Below are positions 1 to 8,180 of a DNA stretch of 64,000 nucleotides, one piece after another; within the stretch, counting starts at the first letter, position 1, and every line of letters begins with the position of its first letter. Source of the stretch: a virus. The stretch is taken from IMG/VR virus record IMGVR_UViG_3300032132_000001, positions 170,573-234,572 of that record; one strand, written 5' to 3'. The position numbers and the translations under genes were made by a program. The notes beneath the pieces were generated by a model. That model made no database searches. It was not told the DNA's origin and saw only the letters and a program-made list of their open reading frames with translations.

Positions 1-307
1 TGTGAAGACCGTGGATGCTTTCTGTGTTCTTTTTCTCTTGCATCAGCAGGTCTTGCATCAACGATGGAACCCCAGACCATACTGAATTATGGTTTTTCTC
101 TAGGGTAACGATTTCTACTTTCCATCCACGGTCAAGCATATGTTTTACCAGACGCTCAGCATGGGTACGCTCTTCTTGACTCTGAAGCATGAAGAAATGA
201 GCGAAACCGGGATAGTTGTGTTCCTTGCACCAGATGGACATCTGCCAATATAGCAGTTCAGCGTGGAGTTCCATCTGAATCTGAAGATTGATCGCGTTAA
301 TCAACAC
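1..307 (-). CDS. ftnA: ferritin (non-haem, FtnA-like); N-terminal ~100 aa only, the rest lies beyond the window start
   Basis: Own minus-strand translation from GTG at 305-307 (GGAGG 5 nt upstream): VLINAINLQIQMELHAELLYWQMSIWCKEHNYPGFAHFFMLQSQEERTHAERLVKHMLDRGWKVEIVTLEKNHNSVWSGVPSLMQDLLMQEKK. Collinear with the E. coli FtnA N-terminal half, including the QEE.TH di-iron region. Absent from the ORF track because it runs off the window edge. Confidence 0.7.
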   Translation of the reverse strand, partial: MLINAINLQIQMELHAELLYWQMSIWCKEHNYPGFAHFFMLQSQEERTHAERLVKHMLDRGWKVEIVTLEKNHNSVWSGVPSLMQDLLMQEKKNTESIHGLH

Positions 308-331
308 TGTCGCCTCCAAAAAAGCTGTCCC

Positions 332-706
332 TTATATACTTGGGTTGGGGAACGCTTCTAGTATTGCTTCTGTGATTTCATGGAAGCAATCGGGGTTTGC
401 CAGCTCTGTTTCCAGTATTTGCCACCGGGTGGCGATCGTACCCTTGAAGACTTGCATCGTCTTGTTCATATCCTTGTCGTAAGCCCATACTAGGACTGTT
501 TGGTTGTCTTCTTGGGCTTCGATGGAGATATATCTATCGGTGAAGTTCCCTTTAGACATAGTGATAGTCATGCCGGAACTGTGCTTCAGGATGCGGTCTT
601 TGGGCCACCCTCCGTCGAGCATGCACTCATACAAGACTTTCACTAAGAACTTATCTGCCATCTCAAGTTCCCAGGAACCTGGTCGCGTATAGATCATATG
701 GTCCAT
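332..706 (-). CDS. hypothetical protein (124 aa)
   Basis: ORF track; same strand as neighbours; no recognisable motif. Confidence 0.45.
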   Translation of the reverse strand: MDHMIYTRPGSWELEMADKFLVKVLYECMLDGGWPKDRILKHSSGMTITMSKGNFTDRYISIEAQEDNQTVLVWAYDKDMNKTMQVFKGTIATRWQILETELANPDCFHEITEAILEAFPNPSI

Positions 707-726
707 ATGTGGTCCATATACAGAAC

Positions 727-758
727 GGGGTGGTCACCTCGCCAAAAGTGACCACCCC
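727..758. terminator. perfect 11-bp stem hairpin (GGGGTGGTCAC...GTGACCACCCC), candidate terminator at the end of the minus-strand RNA-gene array
   Basis: Read directly from sequence; lies between the tRNA array and the start of CDS 332..706; no clean U-tract. Confidence 0.35.
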
Positions 759-887
759 GGGGACTTCAAACAGGAGTTGGAGGATCAGAGAAGAGAAAGA
801 TCGCTACGGCAGTAGAAGCCCTAGCTTTGACGCTAGGACTCCTTTTCAGTTCGATTGAAGTAACCGCAACATCACTGCTCCCCTGAA

Positions 888-962
888 TGGAGCGGGTGGA
901 GGGGCTCGAACCCTCAACCTCCGCGTTGGCAACGCGACGCTCTACCATTGAGCTACACCTGC
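888..962 (-). tRNA. tRNA-Gly (anticodon GCC), CCA encoded
   Basis: Reverse complement GCAGGTGTAGCTCAATGGTAGAGCGTCGCGTTGCCAACGCGGAGGTTGAGGGTTCGAGCCCCTCCACCCGCTCCA folds as a canonical cloverleaf; anticodon loop TTGCCAA. Confidence 0.85.
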
Positions 963-1089
963 ATCAACCGATCTTTGCTTGTCCTTGGGATGGCGGCAGA
1001 CCCGCTCCTCGATCACGGCTCAAGTCAGGTTAGGTGTTGTCTGCAGCAACACCGGATCGGTTCACCTTTGCAACTAGTACGTACTGCGC

Positions 1090-1166
1090 TGGTAGCGGGG
1101 GTAGGATTCGAACCTACGACCTTGAGGTTATGAGCCTCACGAGCTACCGGGCTGCTCCACCCCGCG
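1090..1166 (-). tRNA. tRNA-Met (anticodon CAT), initiator-like acceptor end (C1 unpaired with U72), CCA encoded
   Basis: Reverse complement CGCGGGGTGGAGCAGCCCGGTAGCTCGTGAGGCTCATAACCTCAAGGTCGTAGGTTCGAATCCTACCCCCGCTACCA; near-identical to E. coli tRNA-fMet in the acceptor and D arms. Only 2 of the 3 G-C pairs in the anticodon stem. Confidence 0.85.
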
Positions 1167-1282
1167 ATATTATCTGTTAGAGCGTAACTCCACGAAGGTA
1201 GAACCGCTTCTTCGTTACGCCCGTTTATCTTCACTACCTTGGCACTCCTGGAATGGTCCCTCCTATGTTCCAGTTTACCAAG

Positions 1283-1378
1283 TGGCTGGGAAAATGGGAG
1301 TCGAACCCATCATGAGGAGCCTCGGCTCCCGGTACCTACCACGGTCCCAATATTGGGTAGTTTTTGGTCATATCCCCA
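1283..1378 (-). ncRNA. tRNA-like element: canonical 3' half (T-arm GGGTTCGACTCCC, acceptor strand, discriminator G, CCA) but no canonical D or anticodon arms; possible tRNA pseudogene or interrupted tRNA
   Basis: Reverse complement ends ...CATGATGGGTTCGACTCCCATTTTCCCAGCCA. A partner strand CTGGGGA exists ~95 nt upstream, but I could not fold the intervening sequence as a cloverleaf. Confidence 0.3.
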
Positions 1379-1666
1379 GGACCTAGGGGCGACGGAAAAC
1401 CGCCAGCCCTCCACCAGGGTGCTTTTTGAGTCATCCCAAGACTAAAGGTGTGTGGCCCAGGAGTCTAACCTGGTTGGTAGAGGGGAACGACCAACTACCA
1501 GTACTTCTACTCATGACCAGTCGTTCAGAGCCGGCATCCGGCACAGCCGCCACAAGCCTCCTTCACGACGATGTTGCTTGTCGCTACACGGATGGAGGGC
1601 AGTCTGTTGCGAACCCGCTGCTCACTAGCACTGAGTTAGCGCCACACATAGTTTAGATTGTCAAAG

Positions 1667-2052
1667 TGGTGGAGACGGCGGGAATTGAACCCGCGTCCCG
1701 TAGCCGTTTTCTACAACCGTCTACGCTCATATCTCTCGGTTTGTTCTCGAAACCTAGCCGCGCAAGAGCACGCTGCCAAGCCTCTAGCTGATTTAGGTTG
1801 TCAGATCCAGCCCCTACAGCGCGGAGCGTTCACTTATCTCATCTGACGGCCGGCTATCATTCCCGATGAGCGAGGATTGGAGCCGGGCTCGTGCCGTTAG
1901 GCTGCGATCCGCGCGGGAGCGCGGAAAGCGTCGAGCGAGAGTACGTTGGTTTCGCCACGTAAAAGGCGTGTTTTCAGGGTTTAACGAGGCCACCTGAAAC
2001 CTCGGAGCGCAGATTGTAAAAGAACAAGCCCGGTCGATCCCATTTCGTCCCC
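1667..2052 (-). ncRNA. ssrA: tmRNA (ssrA), one-piece, ~386 nt
   Basis: Reverse complement starts GGGGACGAAATGGGATCGACCGGGC and ends GGGACGCGGGTTCAATTCCCGCCGTCTCCACCA. Both match the E. coli tmRNA tRNA-like domain (GGGGCUGAUUCUGGAUUCGACGGG ... GGACGCGGGUUCAACUCCCGCCAGCUCCACCA). An internal reading frame ends ...GCT TTC CGC GCT CCC GCG CGG ATC GCA GCC TAA (...AFRAPARIAA stop), a candidate tag. Confidence 0.8.
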
Positions 2053-2101
2053 GGGTGCCTCTGATATTTGCTTTCATCGGCACAAGCTTAGATACGCGCC
2101 G

Positions 2102-2416
2102 CTAAAGAGATCCCTTGTGCCTCTTCACGATGTGGTTCACCCAGAACTCCCATTCTGTGATATTGAGTGCTGAGATTGTGCCGTCAATCCTATATGTCTG
2201 ACCAAAGGTGGTGACTACACCGATGCCTCTCTTAGGATGGACTTCTACGTAGTCGATTTGACTTGCGTGGATCAAAGCGGGGGCAGGAGCGACAACACCC
2301 TCATGGACCGCCTGCAATATAAGGTCGCCAGTGCGCTTATTCAGCGCAAAGCAAGCACTTATAGAGCCTAGGACGTCTGCAAACAGACCGTAGCTCTTTT
2401 CACGGAGTGTTATCAT
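2102..2416 (-). CDS. hypothetical protein (104 aa)
   Basis: ORF track; operon-like packing with neighbours on the minus strand. Confidence 0.45.
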   Translation of the reverse strand: MITLREKSYGLFADVLGSISACFALNKRTGDLILQAVHEGVVAPAPALIHASQIDYVEVHPKRGIGVVTTFGQTYRIDGTISALNITEWEFWVNHIVKRHKGSL

Positions 2417-3083
2417 CTAAAATTCTCTGCTCTGGCTCTGAGTGCTCCAACACCGGCACGGACATCTTTTTCTTTAGTTCCGCGAGGCCGGTCTGGATTG
2501 CAACGGTGGTTAGGAAATTATCTATCTCGGCCTTAGCCTGAGTGACAACTTTTCCGATGTTTTCCCCGAAGCATTCTGCCAAGAATGGTGCAGAGTCGCT
2601 GATCCAGCGATAAGTTCTATAGGTGATATCTCGTAGCGCTTCTTTATCTGCTTTGTTGATTCTCGGTTTGCTGAGAATCTCTTCTTGTTCGTCGCAAATC
2701 TTCCCGAGGTTCGCAATTAATTGTTCTATATCTTTCTTGAACGTTTCCCGGACTTTTGTGGCTTCTGGAACCTGGCTTGGTGGTTCTTCTACCCCTTTCC
2801 CTTCATATCTTATGATGGTGCACGGGACACCATCGCCCACGTTCATAGTCGTGAGAAGCTGGGCGAATTGGGCGGGACTAAAGGCCACCTCAATATATTG
2901 CTTACCACTCCTGTGTACCCAGTCCCTACCAAGATGGTGTTCGACCTCGGCAGGGGCGATTCTAAGCATCACCATGCTCTGACATTGGACGTGCGACTGG
3001 AAAAGCGGCATGCTACCTGTGACGCGAGAAAAGCCAGCTAGCGCGTAACTTGGGTGACTTTCTTTTTCGCTTCGCTCTTTCAT
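2400..3083 (-). CDS. hypothetical protein (227 aa)
   Basis: ORF track; overlaps the downstream gene by 17 nt (translational coupling). Confidence 0.5.
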   Translation of the reverse strand: MKERSEKESHPSYALAGFSRVTGSMPLFQSHVQCQSMVMLRIAPAEVEHHLGRDWVHRSGKQYIEVAFSPAQFAQLLTTMNVGDGVPCTIIRYEGKGVEEPPSQVPEATKVRETFKKDIEQLIANLGKICDEQEEILSKPRINKADKEALRDITYRTYRWISDSAPFLAECFGENIGKVVTQAKAEIDNFLTTVAIQTGLAELKKKMSVPVLEHSEPEQRILDDNTP

Positions 3084-3331
3084 CGGTATTCCTTCAATGC
3101 TTGAAGCACAGCTTTCTGACCTTTCTCTACTACCAAGCCCACGATAACTGACATAAGAGGAGTTACCTGAACGGGCTTTTCAGGGTCTTCTGGGATAGTG
3201 TACATGAAGGTCATGCTTGGAGCGAACGACGTGCTCGTTTTTATAGTCACTCGGATCCGAGAACTTTCAATGATGACCTTGATAGGGATTATGCCCTCGG
3301 CCAAGAGCAGTTCTCGGATCCGCGCTTCCAT
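3080..3331 (-). CDS. hypothetical protein (83 aa)
   Basis: ORF track; 4-nt overlap with the upstream gene. Confidence 0.4.
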   Translation of the reverse strand: MEARIRELLLAEGIIPIKVIIESSRIRVTIKTSTSFAPSMTFMYTIPEDPEKPVQVTPLMSVIVGLVVEKGQKAVLQALKEYR

Positions 3332-3332
3332 C

Positions 3333-4244
3333 CTAGAAGTCGTCTTGTGCGTTGGAGAACCGCTTGTCAGCCATCCGTTGCATGTAAGCGGCTACCTTGT
3401 AGTAGATCCTGGTGAAGATCTTGCGCACGAAATCGCGGATCATGAACCAGAAGAACGACCACGGCCAGAGCGACATCCAGGCGATGATCTTGTTCTTGTT
3501 CCTGCGCGCCTTCGGGATCACATCAGCGAAGTCTTCGACGCGGAGGTGCTGTTTCCATTGGTGCTTGAGATCGTCTGGCATTTCGTTGCCAGTGATCTTG
3601 TTCTCATCTAGGAACGCTCGCCGTTTGTCGTCGTACTCTCCCTTCTCGTCAGTGAGGTATACTCCCCAGCGGAAGAAAGCGTAGATGACAGCGATTACCA
3701 AGTATCCTGAGATATACCCTACAACATGCCACGGTTTGGCTAGTAGGACCTCTACGACGTTGTAATTGCCGAACGCGTAAAGCGCACCAAAGAACATCAT
3801 AATGCTAGCCCAGCTTGCGACCCACCGATCGCTTTCTAGGAAATAGCAGAGAGAAATGAACAGGAAGATACTGAGGAGCCAGAAATAGGCACCCCCGATT
3901 ACGAAGATTTCCATCAGTGGAAACATGGGGCCTCTGGGCTTCTTAGGTTGTGGCGCTGGCGCCTCTTTCGGGGGATCCGGCTTGGTTGCTACTGGAGCTG
4001 CTGCGGGCTCAGGCTTTTTCTCTTCGGCTTTCTCTTCTTTCTTGTCTTCCTTTTTCTTGCCCCATGACCAATTGAAAGACCAGCCGTCTTTCTTCTTTGT
4101 TTCGGTGGCCGGTTTCGATTCCGCTGGTTTGGGTTTTGGTGCTTTATCTTGACAGCTTGTACATGTGGTAACTAACGCCACACAGACAGCGAGTAAGAAG
4201 CAGGTAGAGATACACCCGAAAAGGCGATCTATTGCGTCGAGCAT
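3333..4244 (-). CDS. membrane protein: N-terminal signal or lipoprotein-like segment, Lys/Pro/Glu-rich low-complexity linker, then 3-4 TM helices
   Basis: ORF track 3333..4325. I place the start at the Met of MLDAIDRLFGCISTCFLLAVCVALVTTC (TAATG overlap with the stop of 4244..4576). Hydrophobic runs FPLMEIFVIGGAYFWLLSIFLFISL and VVGYISGYLVIAVIYAFF. Confidence 0.5.
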   Translation of the reverse strand: MLDAIDRLFGCISTCFLLAVCVALVTTCTSCQDKAPKPKPAESKPATETKKKDGWSFNWSWGKKKEDKKEEKAEEKKPEPAAAPVATKPDPPKEAPAPQPKKPRGPMFPLMEIFVIGGAYFWLLSIFLFISLCYFLESDRWVASWASIMMFFGALYAFGNYNVVEVLLAKPWHVVGYISGYLVIAVIYAFFRWGVYLTDEKGEYDDKRRAFLDENKITGNEMPDDLKHQWKQHLRVEDFADVIPKARRNKNKIIAWMSLWPWSFFWFMIRDFVRKIFTRIYYKVAAYMQRMADKRFSNAQDDF

Positions 4245-4576
4245 TAACTTGCTAGCTCCGTGATGAATTGCTCGATCCGCCCAAATGCTATGATGTCGTG
4301 CGGATCGCGGAAGGCGTCGGGGCATTTACCATACCACCGACTGATGATTATTAGTTCGTGTTCATTGAAGATAAGCTCACCATAGCGCAGATCTCCTGAT
4401 TCGATCGCATTTTTAATGCGTATTGATAGCTTACAATCGACTTTAGTCCGTTCTGCGTTTTCTACAAAACCAAACCAGTCGTTGACAATCCGACATTCTG
4501 ATTTCGACAGTTGCAAATATGATTGTTGTCTCATAACTACCCCTACAATTCTCTCAAGAAGTTCTCTGATAGTCAT
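4244..4576 (-). CDS. hypothetical protein (110 aa; an internal Met at 4534 with an AGGGG RBS is an alternative start)
   Basis: ORF track; start ambiguity noted from sequence. Confidence 0.4.
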   Translation of the reverse strand: MTIRELLERIVGVVMRQQSYLQLSKSECRIVNDWFGFVENAERTKVDCKLSIRIKNAIESGDLRYGELIFNEHELIIISRWYGKCPDAFRDPHDIIAFGRIEQFITELAS

Positions 4577-5912
4577 TCCTGATTACCTGGACTCCATCGA
4601 ATCCTTTGTTGTATCTCTGGTGATGGTCGATACCATCACCCAGGTCGCACAAAAAGCGTTTCACTTGCTCTGATGCAAACCCGGTGTTGATTGGTCGTGT
4701 AGCGGTCTTACCTTGCAGCATTAGGCGTTGATGCTCTTCCTGCCGGCTATGTCCGAGAAGAACGCTTTCCATCATTTCGTCTTCCATAGCCAGCTGAGCC
4801 CGCTGTTCATCTAACTTGCGAGCTATTGCTACGTCGTCCACTTTCAGCTTGTCTAATACACTAAGTACTGAGAGAAGGACCCCATCCACAGCTAGGAATA
4901 GCTCAGGGATAACTATCCTTCTAACAGCGCTATCATCGAGTGACCTTTCTAGCCACTGCGTAGCATAAGTGGTAGCCATAGATGATGCGTTGGAGATTAC
5001 GAAGCGCGAGAGCGAGCAGATTCGTTCACTGATGATAGGGTTACACTTGAAAGGCATAGCGGAAGACCCTACTTGACCGCCGTCCTTGGCTTCTACGACC
5101 TCTCCGGTGTGAGAGAGTAGTCGAATGTCGTGAGCGAACTTAGAAGCTACCTCTGCTACAAGAGACAGCTCTTTGGATAGTATGGAATCTTCGATACGCG
5201 AGTAGGTCTGGTTGCATATCATCCCATTAGGGTCAACAGCCTGGAACATCAAGCAATGTTGGAGGTGATAGTTTATATTGGCTACAGCGCTCTGGTCCCC
5301 GTCGAATAGGGTGTGCATCGATGCTTGTGTTCCCACTGCGCCCCGGACACCACGGAGTTGCATATTCTCGATGAACTCTACGATACGGTCTGCTACTCGC
5401 AGAAAATCGTTGGCCCATGAAACAGCACGTCGAGATACTGTGGTCGGCTGCGCGGGTTGGAAGTGGGTGTAACCTAGAGTTGGTTTGTCCCTATGTTCTT
5501 CGATGAAATCACGCAGCAGCGTAAGGACACCAATCAGGTGGCCGTGGATTAAGAGCAGAGCTTGCCGATATAAGATGATATCGGAGTTATCCGTCACGAA
5601 GCAGCTGGTGGCACCCAGGTGGATAATCTTCCCACCTTCTGGGCATAGATCAGCCCAAGCTTTTATATGTGCCATCACATCATGGCGCATCTCGGCTTCA
5701 TATGCGGATATACGATCCCACTGGAAATTCCCTTTAGTGTCCTCTAATTCTTGGATCTGCCCATCAGTGATCGGGAGACCGGCTCGTTGTTGCGCTTGCG
5801 CGAGAGCAATCCAAAGCTCCCGCCAAATGGCATATCTCTTGTTCTGATCGAACAAGAGATCCATAGGGACACTTGCATAGCGTTCCGTTAGAGGGCTACG
5901 GTATCCGCTCAT
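4554..5912 (-). CDS. purB: adenylosuccinate lyase (PurB), fumarate-lyase superfamily
   Basis: 452 aa; signature GSSAMPFKCNP (family signature GSSxMPxKxNP); THFQPAQPTT matches PurB THGQPATPST; overall collinear with E. coli PurB. Confidence 0.85.
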   Translation of the reverse strand: MSGYRSPLTERYASVPMDLLFDQNKRYAIWRELWIALAQAQQRAGLPITDGQIQELEDTKGNFQWDRISAYEAEMRHDVMAHIKAWADLCPEGGKIIHLGATSCFVTDNSDIILYRQALLLIHGHLIGVLTLLRDFIEEHRDKPTLGYTHFQPAQPTTVSRRAVSWANDFLRVADRIVEFIENMQLRGVRGAVGTQASMHTLFDGDQSAVANINYHLQHCLMFQAVDPNGMICNQTYSRIEDSILSKELSLVAEVASKFAHDIRLLSHTGEVVEAKDGGQVGSSAMPFKCNPIISERICSLSRFVISNASSMATTYATQWLERSLDDSAVRRIVIPELFLAVDGVLLSVLSVLDKLKVDDVAIARKLDEQRAQLAMEDEMMESVLLGHSRQEEHQRLMLQGKTATRPINTGFASEQVKRFLCDLGDGIDHHQRYNKGFDGVQVIRNDYQRTS

Positions 5913-6165
5913 GTGGAATCTCCAAACCGGCTTGACGGTAGTTAGCTCGTTTACTGTTACATTTCTTACATGTAACAGTGTCCCAGTCTTTAGTCATCAT
6001 AGTCTGGTCGCTTACATTTAATCCGCACCAGGCACGTTTATACCCTAGCAGGGTCATGTGCATTTTAGGTGCTTTACGGCTTCCAGTGACTATACGCCCA
6101 GGAGCTTCACCGCTTTTACCGGGCCTACGTCCTACTGATCTTCCCATGCGCCCTCCTTTGGCCAT
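5896..6165 (-). CDS. small basic Zn-ribbon protein (about 89 aa), function unknown
   Basis: ORF track 5896..6168; the track's first M is a TTG, the ATG is at 6165. C..C...CxxC arrangement (WCGLN...TCKKC). Confidence 0.35.
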   Translation of the reverse strand: MAKGGRMGRSVGRRPGKSGEAPGRIVTGSRKAPKMHMTLLGYKRAWCGLNVSDQTMMTKDWDTVTCKKCNSKRANYRQAGLEIPHERIP

Positions 6166-6655
6166 CAAATACCGGCAGGAGGGAGAAGGTGATAGATACT
6201 AATGCCTAGTTAATGTCAATATAGTCGCTTCCCTCCCCCTGCCGCAGAACAAACCAGAAGAGCAAACCGTAAAAAACGTAGGTCTTTAGGAGTGTTGACT
6301 TCTTAGAGGTGTAGAACAGTGGCTAGTAGTGAAACCGTGAAAAACACGGTCGAAGGGCCGTTACCCCCTCTTAAATCTAGCATCCTGTTCTGTCTCATAG
6401 AAACCTGGCACGGGTCATCGCAAGGTCCTGATTCGAATTCATTCCCTTGGCTAAGAAGGAGGTCCACTGCCGCCAAGAAGCCACTAACCTCTTGGAACCA
6501 TGCAAACGTCACCGTAAGATGGCAGACTCTCGTAGAAACGAACGCCGAAGCGTCCTGCGTACAGGGGAGGCTTTCGCCTCCCCTCAGGGGCCGGTTATGA
6601 AGCGAAAAGTTCACCGGGGTCCTCTGTCCCTTCTTAGACTTGCAGGTTATATACG

Positions 6656-6985
6656 ATGACGCAGAAAATTGACGCCCTCCTCGCTCTAATGGTTTGGTTC
6701 AAAGACCACCACCTCCCATTCCGTTTTTGTGCTGACGGGTCTCCCAAAGGAGGTACATATTGGGAGTACATCTCGGTCCAAGCTGAGCATGGTATGATCT
6801 ACAACGTCTTCGAAAAGCAAGGCTGCTATCGAATAACCGAATGGAACAAGCACGACTATGAGGCTGATGTTAATATTGATGTGAGGTGTAAGGAAATATA
6901 CGAAGTAGAGATTGCCGACCCTGACTCTTTGGAACAAGTGGCTCGCATAACGATGCCTAAGTATTGTAAAAGGTGGTTGAGATGA
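6656..6985 (+). CDS. hypothetical protein (109 aa)
   Basis: ORF track; first gene of the plus-strand block after the 490-nt divergent region. Confidence 0.45.
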   Translation: MTQKIDALLALMVWFKDHHLPFRFCADGSPKGGTYWEYISVQAEHGMIYNVFEKQGCYRITEWNKHDYEADVNIDVRCKEIYEVEIADPDSLEQVARITMPKYCKRWLR

Positions 6986-7926
6986 TAAGATTTCCAAAGA
7001 GGAATATCGCGCAGGGGCGACCAAAGAAAGCCGAAAAAGAAAAGGTCGTCATAGACGTGGACGACCTTTCGATTGCCGAACGGGGAGCGCTCGCGGACCA
7101 GCTAGGAATTGGCGCTCCGCCGAAGAACGCCGTCCAAAGGGTGGGGCCTTCAGGAAGCGGGATTTGTGAACCTGCGCCGAACGCAGGCCATCTTTATCCG
7201 CAGGCACTCTGGAAACTACATGCGAAGTTGGAGGCCGCCGGGCAGGGAGCAACATATCTGGCAGACACGCCGGGCGGGCGCCGCGAAGAAAGGTCAATGT
7301 GGGAGCTTCTTCCCCCGAGCATGAGGCAGGCCGAAGAACAAGCGGACAAAATCCTCCAGAAATTCATGGAAGAAAAGCTCTCCCAGATCGGAGCCCAGCG
7401 CTTCTATGAGCAAATCCAAGGCGCAATGTCAGAGAAGGCACAGCTGATATTCGCTTACCGCTGCGTAATCGCAGCCACACATGAAGATTACATTCCTGAT
7501 ACGCTAGAGGTCTACTGCAATAAGGGAATGGACGGCTGGGATTTCTACAACCCTGAAGACATAGAAAAGGTCCTAAATCCTATTACTGGGAATGTAAATA
7601 TTTACATCCACGACGAGAAATACGACGGAGCCTACGACCGAGCAGAAAAGGTGGTCAGCCGAAAGCACCGGAAAGTGCACGAGGAGCAGACAGGACAGGA
7701 ACTATCTGAGAAAGACAAGCTTCCGCCACACGTTCTCTTGCGCATGCGCGGGCTCCTGCGCGGGGCGGGCGTCTCTGTTCCGCAAAACAACAAAGAGGCT
7801 TGGGATATGCTTGGCACCGTCGCAGCAGGTGCCACAATTGAAGACAAGATAATTGGAAGAATAGCCTATCTGATTGCTAACGCAGTAATGAATAAGAAAC
7901 AGGGTAAACTACCTGATAGTATCTAA
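6973..7926 (+). CDS. hypothetical protein (317 aa)
   Basis: ORF track; long ORF, no motif recognised. Confidence 0.5.
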   Translation: MVEMIRFPKRNIAQGRPKKAEKEKVVIDVDDLSIAERGALADQLGIGAPPKNAVQRVGPSGSGICEPAPNAGHLYPQALWKLHAKLEAAGQGATYLADTPGGRREERSMWELLPPSMRQAEEQADKILQKFMEEKLSQIGAQRFYEQIQGAMSEKAQLIFAYRCVIAATHEDYIPDTLEVYCNKGMDGWDFYNPEDIEKVLNPITGNVNIYIHDEKYDGAYDRAEKVVSRKHRKVHEEQTGQELSEKDKLPPHVLLRMRGLLRGAGVSVPQNNKEAWDMLGTVAAGATIEDKIIGRIAYLIANAVMNKKQGKLPDSI

Positions 7927-7931
7927 CCTAT

Positions 7932-8180
7932 ATGCGGCTTCCCCATCCGGATACTGTTCGATTACACTGGTCTACTAAAGAAACCGATCCAAGGAAGCGG
8001 TTTTCAATTGAGTGGCCGGCGTTCCCATGGGTCCCCACTCAAATAAAAGAACGCATCGAAAACTATATCAACGACCCTAAAAATATAATAGAGGCCCTAG
8101 AAAGTGGTTTCACGTACGCTGTGGCCGCGCAGGAGCTAAAGAAAAGGGCGTTCTCAATCTGGAATTGGCTACTATGTTAG
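7932..8180 (+). CDS. hypothetical protein (82 aa)
   Basis: ORF track. Confidence 0.35.
   Translation: MRLPHPDTVRLHWSTKETDPRKRFSIEWPAFPWVPTQIKERIENYINDPKNIIEALESGFTYAVAAQELKKRAFSIWNWLLC

Noticed and set aside
1239-1846. Plus-strand ORFs 1239..1445, 1426..1656, 1658..1846
   Set aside because: They fall in the tRNA-like, structured-RNA and tmRNA region. They are antisense to RNA genes, Pro/Ser/Arg-rich, and lack an RBS.
1667-2052. The idea that the window is a prophage integrated at host ssrA
   Set aside because: No integrase or att-like direct repeat is visible next to the tmRNA 3' end. The tmRNA sits in an array with phage-style tRNAs on the same strand as flanking phage-like genes. I cannot exclude it without the contig flanks.
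1814-2083. 89-aa minus-strand ORF
   Set aside because: Lies entirely inside the tmRNA gene; its reading frame is the tag region read out of register.
3198-3684. Plus-strand ORFs 3198..3611 and 3412..3684
   Set aside because: Antisense to the minus-strand membrane-protein gene, which has coherent TM architecture and coupled neighbours.
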